Shown: positions 49,967 to 63,090 of the stretch, piece by piece
Numbering within the stretch: position 1 is the stretch's first letter
Layout of the letters: each line of letters begins with the position of its first letter
Source of the DNA: Candidatus Cloacimonadales bacterium
Lineage (GTDB): Bacteria; Cloacimonadota; Cloacimonadia; Cloacimonadales; JAFGVF01
Reading direction: 5' to 3'
Assembly: GCA_963677495.2 (NCBI GenBank)
Contig: CAXXOU010000003.1
Location: 256,001-320,000, forward strand
Length of the DNA: 64,000 nucleotides
Position numbers and translations under genes: made by a program
Notes under the pieces: model-generated
Told to the model about the DNA's origin: nothing
Seen by the model: the letters and a program-made list of their open reading frames with translations, nothing else
The model's database searches: none

Positions 49967-52294
49967 ATGAAAAAGTTAATTATATCTTTATTAGTAGTTC
50001 TGCTTTCTACTATTATCTTAGCCGATGGTGTACAACCTTTAGGCAACGGTACAAGTGAAAATCCCTATCAGATTGAAAGCTTGGATAATTTGTTATGGGT
50101 AAGTACAAACCCTTATCATTGGAATAAGTTCTATGTTCAAACTGCTGATATTGATGCAAGTGCTACTCAACAATGGAATTCAGGTGGTGGATTTATTCCA
50201 ATAGGCAACAATGTTCATTGGTTTGTAGGAAGTTATGATGGACAAGGACATACAATATCGAACCTGTTTATTTACACCCAAACTACAGATTATGTGGGAT
50301 TCTTTGGTGAAATAAGAGATGCAAGTATATCCAATCTTAATTTGGTGAATGCTAATGTCCAAGGCTTTTTACATGTCGGAATACTTTGTGGTGATCTCAC
50401 TGGTTCAGAAGTGTCCAATGTCTTTTGTTCTGGAACTGTTACAGGGGGTAATTGTGGATTATTAGCAAGTACTATTAAGTACTCACAGATAGATAGTTGT
50501 TCTACAAGTGGTTCAGTTTATGGTTCAAACTATGTGGGTGGCTTTGCAGGAAGAGCAACTCTCTCAGAAATAAGTAACTCACACTCTACTATCAACCTTA
50601 TTAACTCAGCTAGTTACTGTGGAGGTTTTATTGGTGCTATATCCAGCAGTGACATCACAACTTGTTATGCTACAGGTTCAGTTGAAGCTTATGATAAAGT
50701 AGGCGGTTTTGCAGGAATAGTTAGCAGTTCTTTTGAGTTAAACAACTGTTTTTCAGAATGTAGTGTCGAGGGATCTAGTGAGACTGGTGGCTTTGTCGGT
50801 TTATCCTCTCGTAGTAATATAGCTAATTGCTATTCTACCGGTGATGTAAATTCTGACTTACATGTTGGTGGATTTGTAGGGCAAACATATGAAGGATTAA
50901 TCAATGAGTGCTACTCTACCGGTGATGTATCTGGATACAGTATAGTTGGTGGATTTGTTGGAACTCAAAGTCAAATAATTGATTCTGATTACTTCTCTGT
51001 TCTAAACTCATACTCAACAGGTGACATTACATGCCCAGATGGTCTTTGCGGTGGATTTGAAGGTGAGTTCAGCTATGGAGTAATGAATAACTGCCACTAC
51101 AACGCAGATGTAGTACTTATAAATGGTGAATCCTTGTTTTCACAGGGTGGTTTAACTGATCAGTTGTATACGGACTGGATAAATAACGGTTTAGTTTTAG
51201 ATGCTGATAACTATTATCAAGCTGCAGATGATATATACTTAATTTCAAGTATGACCGACTTCACCAACCTATTAGCATTTGGACAGGAAGGTCTTAGTTT
51301 TAGACTAGAGCTGGACTTGGATTTGACAAACCATCAAGGTTTTTATATCCCTTATCTACAATCAAATATTGATGGTAATGGCTTCACTGTATCCAATCTC
51401 AGTTTTGACACGGAAAATGATTATACTGGTATGTTCGGTGTAACTGATAATTGTATTATCAGTAATCTTGGCATAACAAATGCTACTGTCAGTGGTCATA
51501 ATAGTGTGGGTATCCTCACAGGCTACAGTATTAACACTCAAATCCATTGTTGCTATACATCAGGTGTAGTCTCAGGTACAGATAATACCGGAGGTATTGC
51601 CGGTAGTATAGGTTCTGGTTCTGAGATGTCTAATTGTTATAGTCGTGCTACATTAAATACCTCATTTGGTTCAGGAGGACTTATAGGAGCAATTAGTTCA
51701 TCAACACTCTCCAACTCATACTTTAGTGGTACATTATCGATGTTTAGTCAAGGCTTATGTGGTAGTACCGATGATAGCAGTCTAGTAGAAAACAGTTTCT
51801 GGGATACTGATGCAGGTTCCGCTACTTCAGGAAGCGGAGGTTTAACACAAGCGGAGATGCGGGATATTGATACATATCTCAACGCAGGATGGGATTTTGT
51901 TAATGAAACTGCAAATGGTACTGATGATTATTGGGCTATTGAAACTAATATTAATGATGGGTTCCCTCATCTCGTTTACCAACCAGTAGTTAGACCTTTA
52001 GAGCATGAAGAAGATGAGCTAGTTAACACTTTTGATAACTACCCTAATCCTTTTAATCCAACAACAACAATTAGGCTCAGTATGGCTAAAGAAGCATATG
52101 CTGAGATTAGCATATTCAATATTAAAGGTCAACGAATCAAGACTCTCATAAACGATGTATTGCCAGCCGGTGAACATAGTGTTGTCTGGAGTGGTAATAA
52201 TGATAATGGAGTTAAAGTGGCTTCAGGAATTTATTTCTATAAGCTCCAAGCTGGGACTTATATTAAGACTAAGAAGATGATCTTGATGAAATAG
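49967..52294 (+). CDS. GLUG-motif repeat secreted protein with CTD
   Basis: Tandem paralogue of 48288-49958. GGAGGAG RBS before ATG 49967. Confidence 0.85.
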   Translation: MKKLIISLLVVLLSTIILADGVQPLGNGTSENPYQIESLDNLLWVSTNPYHWNKFYVQTADIDASATQQWNSGGGFIPIGNNVHWFVGSYDGQGHTISNLFIYTQTTDYVGFFGEIRDASISNLNLVNANVQGFLHVGILCGDLTGSEVSNVFCSGTVTGGNCGLLASTIKYSQIDSCSTSGSVYGSNYVGGFAGRATLSEISNSHSTINLINSASYCGGFIGAISSSDITTCYATGSVEAYDKVGGFAGIVSSSFELNNCFSECSVEGSSETGGFVGLSSRSNIANCYSTGDVNSDLHVGGFVGQTYEGLINECYSTGDVSGYSIVGGFVGTQSQIIDSDYFSVLNSYSTGDITCPDGLCGGFEGEFSYGVMNNCHYNADVVLINGESLFSQGGLTDQLYTDWINNGLVLDADNYYQAADDIYLISSMTDFTNLLAFGQEGLSFRLELDLDLTNHQGFYIPYLQSNIDGNGFTVSNLSFDTENDYTGMFGVTDNCIISNLGITNATVSGHNSVGILTGYSINTQIHCCYTSGVVSGTDNTGGIAGSIGSGSEMSNCYSRATLNTSFGSGGLIGAISSSTLSNSYFSGTLSMFSQGLCGSTDDSSLVENSFWDTDAGSATSGSGGLTQAEMRDIDTYLNAGWDFVNETANGTDDYWAIETNINDGFPHLVYQPVVRPLEHEEDELVNTFDNYPNPFNPTTTIRLSMAKEAYAEISIFNIKGQRIKTLINDVLPAGEHSVVWSGNNDNGVKVASGIYFYKLQAGTYIKTKKMILMK

Positions 52295-52316
52295 TTTCAA
52301 AGATTGATTAAAATTA

Positions 52317-52352
52317 ATGGCAGGCAGTTGAAAGCTCAACCGCCTGCCGTTC
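52317..52352. terminator. Bidirectional terminator
   Basis: ATGGCAGGCAGTTGA-AAGC-TCAACCGCCTGCCGT between convergent genes. Confidence 0.7.
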
Positions 52353-52356
52353 TATT

Positions 52357-52788
52357 CTATTTAACTTCTTCTTTAATAACGCTGGCATTCATCATGTTAT
52401 CTGCGATAGGGCATCTTCTTGTAATCTCTTCAAGGTATGCTTCTTTCTCTTCATGAGTCATATCAGCATCGATTTTAACGAAAGCTCTAATCTCAACAAA
52501 TCCTGCACGGCCTTCAGTTGTTTTGCCCATAAGGAAATCTTTATCGATGTCGCCTTCAACATCTACTTCGATTCCACGAACATTGAGTCTTTTCTGATTA
52601 GAAATAATTCTTCCGATTGCACAGATACAAGCAGGAAGTGATGAAAGGAATATCTCCATTGGATTAGGACCTGCACCTTCTCCACCCATAGCTTTAGGTT
52701 GGTCGATGTAGAAAGTCTGTGAGCAATTAACTTCAGTTTTGAAGCCTTCTCCCATTTTTGCACCAAGTTTTAATGTTGAAATTGGCAT
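52357..52788 (-). CDS. OsmC family protein
   Basis: DQP...GG...GPNP.E......C and RCP motifs. Confidence 0.9.
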   Translation of the reverse strand: MPISTLKLGAKMGEGFKTEVNCSQTFYIDQPKAMGGEGAGPNPMEIFLSSLPACICAIGRIISNQKRLNVRGIEVDVEGDIDKDFLMGKTTEGRAGFVEIRAFVKIDADMTHEEKEAYLEEITRRCPIADNMMNASVIKEEVK

Positions 52789-53001
52789 TTTTTGTCTCCT
52801 TATCTATTTAGTTTTCTTAATTTCAAGTTTGCTTTATTCTCACTTATTAATCTGTCAAGTAAATGTACGTTTTCACTTTGACATATAAACTGAAATGCTC
52901 CTCTCTAGATAGCTAAAAGATTCAAGGATAAAGCATAGTGTTTGCTTCCTAATTATATTTACATGAAATACAAGATATTTCAATCAGACTAGAAATTCTT
53001 C

Positions 53002-53143
53002 CATTGCTCTGCTACAATAGTCATGAGACACCTATTGAATCCCTGTTAAATTCCCGTTAGGTTCCCGTTACAGATAACGGGAGATGGATTGGACAATAAT
53101 GAGCTAGAGATATGAGTTGGATTATTATTATGAGAGAGCAATG
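53002..53143. repeat. 142-bp palindromic element with CCCGTTA/TAACGGG 11-bp arrays
   Basis: Ends CATTGCTCTGCTACAAT / ATTATGAGAGAGCAATG match those of the 1090 and 13143 copies. Interior CCTATTGAATC, CCTGTTAAATT, CCCGTTAGGTT, CCCGTTACAGA, then TAACGGGAGAT. Confidence 0.85.
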
Positions 53144-53157
53144 AAACTGCAATTAAT

Positions 53158-53188
53158 GAAAAAAAGGGCAAACTTAAAAGTTTGCCCA
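53158..53188 (-). terminator. eno terminator
   Basis: A run plus GGGCAAACT-TAAA-AGTTTGCCC. Confidence 0.75.
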
Positions 53189-53232
53189 ATATTCATTTCA
53201 CGCAAGTCGTTTGCGTATTCTATTTATAAGAA

Positions 53233-54531
<1,299 letters not shown>

Positions 54532-54704
54532 CTAATCTAATTCTTTCTAATTATTGTAAATTCATACAGTTGCAAGAAAATAGGATTAGATATTTTGTCA
54601 ATTACCTTATCAGTAACTTGGATTAAGAAAGAGTTAATCAAAAATAGATTGCCAAGAATCAATCGGTATGTAAATGCTGATTTGCTACTGAGAGGAGTCA
54701 TATT

Positions 54705-55742
54705 ATGAAAAAAGTTTACATTGCTACAGGTAACAACAAATTCTTTGGTCAGGGAAGAAAACCCTGGGATCCGGTTGATATTACTATTATCCAAAAGCTC
54801 ATGTTTGAGAAGGGAATCGAGTGTATTTTCAAAAGCTATCATGAGATAGTAAACTGTGGTCTAATTGACAAATCAATCCCGGTCTTGTTTGCTTTCAGTC
54901 AAAGACCGGAAGTAAGAGAGTACATCAAAGATATGGTTGCATACCTAGCATATGAAGGGTTCGCTGTTATCCCATCAGCTGAGCTGTTACTTTGTCATGA
55001 GAATAAAGGTTTTCAGGAGCTTGTAAAGAAAAAGCATAGAATCAAAGACCTTAAAGCATACTATTTTTGCGAGATTGAAGAGATTAAAGATTACAATTTA
55101 CAATATCCTGTCGTTTTGAAAAGACTTGATGGTTCTAATGGGAAGGGAGTTTTCCTTGTACATGATGAGAAGGCTTTAGTTAAGCATGTAGAAAGTTTTG
55201 TAAGCTCTTATACGAACAATCAAAGAATTGACCTTCTAAGACGTAAATACCTACGAGGGAATAAGTCATACAAAGAATACCCAAACTATACAAATTCGAA
55301 AGACTATTTGCAATACAGACATTATATAAAAGCGCATAAACGATTTGTGATACAGGAGTTCATACCGGGACTAGACCACGATTACCGCGTGTTAAAGGCC
55401 GGAGAAAGGTATTATATTACGAAAAGACATACTAAAGATGGCGGATTCAAAGCCAGTGGCACTAAACTCTTTGATTTTGAAATAGATAATCCGGAACCTA
55501 TTCTTGATTATGCAAGTCAGATTTGTAATAAAATTGAAGCTCCATTCTTATCAATGGATATATGTGTAAAGGGCAATGATTATTACCTCATTGAGTTTCA
55601 AGGATTACATTTTGGGATGAATGTAGTAGTAAAGGGTAAGGGATATTACATTGAAAGTAAGAGCGGTTTTGAATTTATTGAAGCAACCCCTTCTCCTGAA
55701 GAGACTTTAGCACACGGAATTATCAATTATTTGAATAGATAA
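54705..55742 (+). CDS. RimK-like ATP-grasp fold protein
   Basis: YPVVLK...GS.GKGVFLV, IQEFIPG..HDYRV, MDI......YLIE. Confidence 0.8.
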   Translation: MKKVYIATGNNKFFGQGRKPWDPVDITIIQKLMFEKGIECIFKSYHEIVNCGLIDKSIPVLFAFSQRPEVREYIKDMVAYLAYEGFAVIPSAELLLCHENKGFQELVKKKHRIKDLKAYYFCEIEEIKDYNLQYPVVLKRLDGSNGKGVFLVHDEKALVKHVESFVSSYTNNQRIDLLRRKYLRGNKSYKEYPNYTNSKDYLQYRHYIKAHKRFVIQEFIPGLDHDYRVLKAGERYYITKRHTKDGGFKASGTKLFDFEIDNPEPILDYASQICNKIEAPFLSMDICVKGNDYYLIEFQGLHFGMNVVVKGKGYYIESKSGFEFIEATPSPEETLAHGIINYLNR

Positions 55743-55770
55743 GTGGCTATTTACTAAACAATAGCCACTT
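55741..55770. terminator. Bidirectional terminator
   Basis: AAGTGGCTATT ... AATAGCCACTT between convergent genes. Confidence 0.7.
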
Positions 55771-55778
55771 AATTTCAT

Positions 55779-56654
55779 TTATTTAACAACTGGAACCATA
55801 ATAATATAGTCACCAGCTATCAATCTTGATTCAATATTTACTTCCTCTTCATTAACTAGTTGAGGACTTATTACAACAATATTTAAGTTTGGGAGTAGAA
55901 TTTTGAGTCTTTGAGCTGTTCCCAGATGGCTGTTAGAATGAAAATCACCATTGAAGTGAACAACTTTTTTGCCCGGGTTGTTCATTATGTAGTCTGCTAG
56001 AGATTCAGCCATTGTATCATCTTTCAAGCACTGAGCAGCATAAATATTATCAAAGCTGGGAGTAGATTGAGTATGCATTGCAGTACTCATGTTCGACTTC
56101 ATAATTTCTATGAATCTTGCTTTATACTCATCATCCAATACTTTTAGTTCCTTAGCTACGAACTCCTTTTCTGATTCAGGAATACTATCGTAGAATTCAA
56201 TACCTTGCTTATTAATGCCTGCAGCATACCTTCTTGGCACATTCGCTGCAACTACATCCAAATTCTTCTTCTTCGCAAAATTGACTATAGGTGCATAATC
56301 TTCTTTATAGTTAGGCCAAGGTCTGGAGCCTGCAATAAATTGTTCCTCAGAAATACTTGAGCTAAGGTACTCATCCATAACTGGTTGCACATCCCTTTCA
56401 AACATCTCCATAGATATACATACATTACGATATTTCTTATAGAACTTAACAGTGAAATCGTATTCCATTGCATGGATTGTTGGATTATCGTGGAATTCAC
56501 CATAAAAGATAACATCAGCATTATCGAGTTCGTTAATCAAATTTTTCAACTTGATTTCTTTGCCGGTTTTTGATGAGAAATACTTATAACTCTTGGCTTC
56601 AACAACAGCCATTGTTAATATAAAGATCGAAAGAAGTAGTAATAATTTATGCAT
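55779..56654 (-). CDS. ChaN family (putative heme/iron-uptake) protein
   Basis: DVI..GE.HDNP..H, MEMFERD.Q, W.NY..DY.P, AQ.L.D.TMA and NG.FH motifs. Confidence 0.85.
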   Translation of the reverse strand: MHKLLLLLSIFILTMAVVEAKSYKYFSSKTGKEIKLKNLINELDNADVIFYGEFHDNPTIHAMEYDFTVKFYKKYRNVCISMEMFERDVQPVMDEYLSSSISEEQFIAGSRPWPNYKEDYAPIVNFAKKKNLDVVAANVPRRYAAGINKQGIEFYDSIPESEKEFVAKELKVLDDEYKARFIEIMKSNMSTAMHTQSTPSFDNIYAAQCLKDDTMAESLADYIMNNPGKKVVHFNGDFHSNSHLGTAQRLKILLPNLNIVVISPQLVNEEEVNIESRLIAGDYIIMVPVVK

Positions 56655-56905
56655 CCATAACTCCTTGATAATAATTACTGTCAATTATTGCTTAACTCTA
56701 AAAGCAAACAAGCTTTTTCTTAATATGCTTACTTTCAATAAAGCTCAAGCCTTTTACGTTTACTACCTGATAATGGAAAAAAACATGATTTTGCCTTTAC
56801 TTATTTTTACAGTTCTGTAATTGTTGATAACTGTCTTAAACATTCACTAAAGTCATGCGTATAATGAGTAAGACAATTCATACATTTACAAGGATAGGTA
56901 TACAA

Positions 56906-59900
56906 ATGAGAAGGATTTATGAACGCAGGATTATTATAAACTCAATTCTACTCGTAATATTCACAACACTAATTCTAACTTGCTTCGCAACTGATACGAC
57001 TCAGTTGAAAAGGATTTTATATATTAATTCGTTTAATACCAATGCTCCCACCTATTCTGAACACCTTAATGGAATTAACTCAGTATTCAAAAATCATGAT
57101 TTGAGAATAGATTATGAGTTTATGGATAGTAAAAATCTTATATCTGAAGAGATTGAATCTGATACTAAAAACTATCTTCTTAATAAGATTTCCAAGCTTG
57201 AACCTTATGATTTGATAATGGTTTCAGATGATCCTGCTTTTGAATTCATTCAGGAAAACATCTCTAATTTTAGGGATATTCCAATTGTCTTCTTTGCGGT
57301 CAATAATCGCAAAGATGCGCTGGAACTTGCAAAGTCACCTATTATTACCGGAGTAACAGAACGAGTATCTGTTCTTAAAACTGTTAGTTTGATAGAACGA
57401 TTACGCCCAAACCTTGAAAGTATTCATTTGATAATTGATGGGGTTGACCTTAAATTCCTCAATGAAAAACAGATGCTGGATGAGTTAAATCGTTTTGGAA
57501 TAAAAAAGAGAATCATAAGAACTGATAAATACAGCTGGGAAGAAATGAGAGAAAGGTTAGAAAGCATTCCAGAAGATGATGCTTTAGTTTGTGTCTCAGC
57601 ATACCATGATAAAAACAAAGTTGTTAACGACTTCTACCGAAGTTTTCAATTGATAAAGGAAAGTACTTCTGCGCCAATTTTCCATCTTTGGCCACATGGT
57701 ATCGGTAAAGGTTTTTTAGGTGGGTATGTTGTTTCCCACTATACTCAAGCAGAAAATGCCGCTAAACTTGCCATTAGGATGATCCTAAACAATGAAAAGG
57801 ATATTCCTGTCATAGATACAGAATCTAACAACTACTGCTTAGTTGACTACAAATTAGCTGAAGCTTATAATATTGATACATCTAAGTTACCGGCTAATGT
57901 AAGATATATCAATAAACCTGTTACTATTTGGAGACGTTACGGGTTAGTTATGGTTGTTGTCAGTGTGCTCATGATTCTTGAGCTAGTTCTTATAATCGCT
58001 CTTTCCTACTACTTTTTACAAAGAAAGAAGTACCTCCTGGAATCACAACAAAATGAGGAAAAGCTCAGAATTACATTACAATCTATTGGAGACGCTGTAA
58101 TAGCTACAGACATTACCGGAAAGATCACAATGATGAACATCATTGCTGAAAAGCTAACAGGCTGGAAAAGGAATGAAGCAATAGGTAAAGATGTAAGTGA
58201 CGTGTTCAATATCGTTAATGCAACTGACAATAGCAAGATTGCGAATCCTGTTACCCAAGTCTTAGAGAGCAGAGGGGTCATTGGTCTTTCAAACAACACA
58301 AAACTTCGATCCAAAGATGGGAAAGATTATCTTATAACCGATCGTGCAGCTCCTATTTTAAACATTCAAGGGGAGATTGAAGGTGTCGTAATGGTTTTCC
58401 AGGATGCAACCTCTCGTAAGCAACAAGATCAGATTATCAAAGAAAGTGAGAAACAACTTAACATGTTCTTCAACCAATCACTTTCTGCTTTTTTCCTACT
58501 TGAACTTGAAGAACCTGTGTGCATTACAGATGGTTTATTGATAAATAAATTAGATACAATTATTAACAATCTTAAATTCGCTAAAATTAACAACGCTTTA
58601 GCTGATATGTATAAACTAGATAGAGGTAGCTTGATTGGTAAGCAAATGATAAATTCAAAAAGCTGCCCCCTTGAAAGGAAAGAGTTGCTACTTGAAGTAA
58701 TTGAGAATGTGAGCCTTTCAAAAATCACTGTAGAGCACGACAGCTCAGGTGAAACTCTTTGGGTCCATGGATACTACTCTCTCGTTAAAGACCAAGAAGG
58801 TCGGATGATAGGATTGTTCGGCACTCAGTATAATGTTACTGAGAAGTATTTAAAAGAGCAAAAAATAAAGTCACTACTTGAGATTCAGAAAGGAATCTTA
58901 AATAATATTATGAGTAGTGCGGTAGTTAAGGATATAGATGATGATTTCAGAATTCTTCATTGGAATAAGTTTATTGAAAACTATACCGGAATTTCTGCAG
59001 AACAAGCAATTGGAAAAACTGATTTCGAACTATTCCCAGATGAACAAGCACGTTACATAAGAAAGAAAGACTTAGATGTACTAGCATCACCACTGCATAA
59101 AACTTATTATGAGGAACGTATTTCCGGAAAGCAAGGATTGTCACGTATTTTCAAAACTATCAAGTCTATTGTCCCAAAAGATAACTCTACCGGTTTATTA
59201 CTCTCATTCTCTTTCGATATTGATGACTTAAAGAAGGCTCAGATTGACCTACTTGCTGCAAAGGAAAAGGCTGAAACAGCAGATAGACTTAAGTCCGCAT
59301 TCTTAGCCAACATGAGTCATGAGATAAGAACTCCATTGAATAGTATTGTCGGATTCAGTTATCTGCTTTCTGTGAGTGAAGACAACAATGAATCTGAAGA
59401 GTTTTATGATATTATCAAGAACAACACTGATCTTCTGTTAACGCTGATTAATGATATTGTTGATTATTCTAAAATAGAATCTGGGAATCTCTCTCTCGTT
59501 GAAGAGAACTGTAATATTCACGCCTGTCTGGAGAATTGTGTTAACACGATTAAGCAAAAGGTACCAGAAGATATCGAACTTATTTTAGACCTTCCTTCAG
59601 AAGAGCCTATATTTGTAATCTCTGATAGCCAAAGATTACAACAAATCATGCTTAATCTACTGACAAATTCTGTTAAACATACTGATAAGGGTCATATCAA
59701 AGCCGGATACCATATCGAACAAAACCACATTCAGTTCTATTTTGAAGATACAGGTACAGGAATCGCTAAGGAATTACAAGGAAAGATTTTCGAAAGATTC
59801 TTCAAAGCTGATGAGTTTAAACAGGGAACAGGACTAGGACTCGCTGTTTGTAAACTACTATTGGATGCCTTTGGTGGTAAAATCTGGCTTGAATCTGAAG

Positions 59901-60367
59901 TTGGCAAGGGCACAACTTTCTACTTCACTATTCCATTTGTTCCTGCAGATAAGCCTAAAGAGCAAACTGTTGACTTTGGCTCATTCATTCAAATACCTGT
60001 CCGTGAAGCGGATAAGAAGACATTGCTTATTGCTGAAGACACTTCCAGTAACTACCATCTCTTACAAACAGTGCTTGGAAAATCTTATAAGCTAATTCAT
60101 GCCATCAACGGTAAGGAAGCAATTGAGTTGTTTGATAAACATAGTCCTGATGCTATTCTTATGGACTTAAAGATGCCTGTTATGGATGGTTTTGAAGCAA
60201 CAAAGGAAATTAGAGCTAAGTCTGAATCGATACCTATCATTGCCATCACAGCTTATGCGTACGATACTGATAAAGTTAAAGCTATGGATGCAGGTTGTAA
60301 TGATTATATACCTAAGCCAATTGATGTTAAATCACTCAGAAGAATATTAGGTAAATACTTATACTAG
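56906..60367 (+). CDS. Hybrid sensor histidine kinase/response regulator (periplasmic binding-like sensor, PAS domains)
   Basis: SIGDAVIATD PAS domain, FLANMSHEIRTPLN H-box, GTGLGL, and receiver domain LMDLKMPVMDG. Alternative start at 56855. Confidence 0.95.
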   Translation: MRRIYERRIIINSILLVIFTTLILTCFATDTTQLKRILYINSFNTNAPTYSEHLNGINSVFKNHDLRIDYEFMDSKNLISEEIESDTKNYLLNKISKLEPYDLIMVSDDPAFEFIQENISNFRDIPIVFFAVNNRKDALELAKSPIITGVTERVSVLKTVSLIERLRPNLESIHLIIDGVDLKFLNEKQMLDELNRFGIKKRIIRTDKYSWEEMRERLESIPEDDALVCVSAYHDKNKVVNDFYRSFQLIKESTSAPIFHLWPHGIGKGFLGGYVVSHYTQAENAAKLAIRMILNNEKDIPVIDTESNNYCLVDYKLAEAYNIDTSKLPANVRYINKPVTIWRRYGLVMVVVSVLMILELVLIIALSYYFLQRKKYLLESQQNEEKLRITLQSIGDAVIATDITGKITMMNIIAEKLTGWKRNEAIGKDVSDVFNIVNATDNSKIANPVTQVLESRGVIGLSNNTKLRSKDGKDYLITDRAAPILNIQGEIEGVVMVFQDATSRKQQDQIIKESEKQLNMFFNQSLSAFFLLELEEPVCITDGLLINKLDTIINNLKFAKINNALADMYKLDRGSLIGKQMINSKSCPLERKELLLEVIENVSLSKITVEHDSSGETLWVHGYYSLVKDQEGRMIGLFGTQYNVTEKYLKEQKIKSLLEIQKGILNNIMSSAVVKDIDDDFRILHWNKFIENYTGISAEQAIGKTDFELFPDEQARYIRKKDLDVLASPLHKTYYEERISGKQGLSRIFKTIKSIVPKDNSTGLLLSFSFDIDDLKKAQIDLLAAKEKAETADRLKSAFLANMSHEIRTPLNSIVGFSYLLSVSEDNNESEEFYDIIKNNTDLLLTLINDIVDYSKIESGNLSLVEENCNIHACLENCVNTIKQKVPEDIELILDLPSEEPIFVISDSQRLQQIMLNLLTNSVKHTDKGHIKAGYHIEQNHIQFYFEDTGTGIAKELQGKIFERFFKADEFKQGTGLGLAVCKLLLDAFGGKIWLESEVGKGTTFYFTIPFVPADKPKEQTVDFGSFIQIPVREADKKTLLIAEDTSSNYHLLQTVLGKSYKLIHAINGKEAIELFDKHSPDAILMDLKMPVMDGFEATKEIRAKSESIPIIAITAYAYDTDKVKAMDAGCNDYIPKPIDVKSLRRILGKYLY

Positions 60368-60879
60368 TTCTGAGGTGTTAACACAAACGCATCACTTCGA
60401 TAACCGTTAGCGACAGCAATAGCTATAACATTTTTGTAGGTCTCTTGATTCATTTCAGGAGACCTGCTTAATATCCAGGCATACCTTTGTCCCGGTTCTC
60501 CAACAAGTGCCCAACTATAATCCTCTGCAAGACCGAGTATCCAATAATCTCCCCAAAATATTTGCTTCCCAAAGACTTTCACAAAGCTAACCTTGAGTTT
60601 GCTATTCGAATCGTTCATAACCTTTGCAACTCCCTCTACACTCTTCATCTTGCCTTTTTTGCTCATGCATCGATTAATTACAGAGATTCTCCCATCAATA
60701 AATTGATATTCAGCAGTTGTATTGGAAACACAAGAACGTTGAAACGGATTTGGTGTTTTGCCTACCTCATACCAAGTCCCTGTATATCTAAACAGATCGA
60801 CTTGTTCCACAGTTTCAACTTCTACAGCAAACATGACCGGCATTCCGATTGCAAACAATATCAATACTAAATATTTCAT
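60364..60879 (-). CDS. blc: Bacterial lipocalin (Blc-like)
   Basis: VDL.RY.GTWYE, GDYW.L...DYS, WILSR.P. Confidence 0.85.
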   Translation of the reverse strand: MKYLVLILFAIGMPVMFAVEVETVEQVDLFRYTGTWYEVGKTPNPFQRSCVSNTTAEYQFIDGRISVINRCMSKKGKMKSVEGVAKVMNDSNSKLKVSFVKVFGKQIFWGDYWILGLAEDYSWALVGEPGQRYAWILSRSPEMNQETYKNVIAIAVANGYRSDAFVLTPQN

Positions 60880-61164
60880 CCTAATCTCCTTTGATGGCTA
60901 AATAATAATCTACTATCCCCCACAACCAAATTTAGCAGTAAGTTCTAATGGAACTGCATGAATAATAAGGATGACATCTCCTGTTTTAAGTTTTCCATTT
61001 TCACCCGTTTCTCACGCATTGAGAGTAACGAGAGAACAACCACTGATTGGAAGGTACGAAGAAGGGTACATAAAGGGACAATAAAATGATGTGGATAGTT
61101 CAATGTTTTTAAGATGCATTTTAGCAGTAATTTTTTTGTTGACACAAGATAGATTTATTGCATT

Positions 61165-61191
61165 TTAGCACTCGTATTGGAAGTTTGCTAA
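61165..61191 (+). promoter_or_regulatory. CIRCE element (HrcA operator)
   Basis: TTAGCACTC-N9-GTTTGCTAA, 2 mismatches to the consensus. Lies downstream of TTGACA (61139) and upstream of groEL. Confidence 0.85.
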
Positions 61192-61219
61192 TACAGATAA
61201 TTTTAAAACTAATAACTAA

Positions 61220-62884
<1,665 letters not shown>

Positions 62885-62903
62885 ACTAAATAGTATTATA
62901 GAT

Positions 62904-62940
62904 AAGAGTCTGCTGCCAAAACAGCAGACTCTTCTTGCTT
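62904..62940 (+). terminator. groEL terminator
   Basis: AAGAGTCTGCTG-CCAAAA-CAGCAGACTCTT. Confidence 0.8.
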
Positions 62941-63090
62941 AAATATAACTATTCCCCCTTCCCCACTCCACAATCCATTTTCCAATAAAACTTATATCTT
63001 CATATTCATATTCTAACACTTACTTATCACTTACTTTTCACTTCCATCACTGCTACAAGTCTGGTACGTGCTACATCAAAAACCTGGAAT

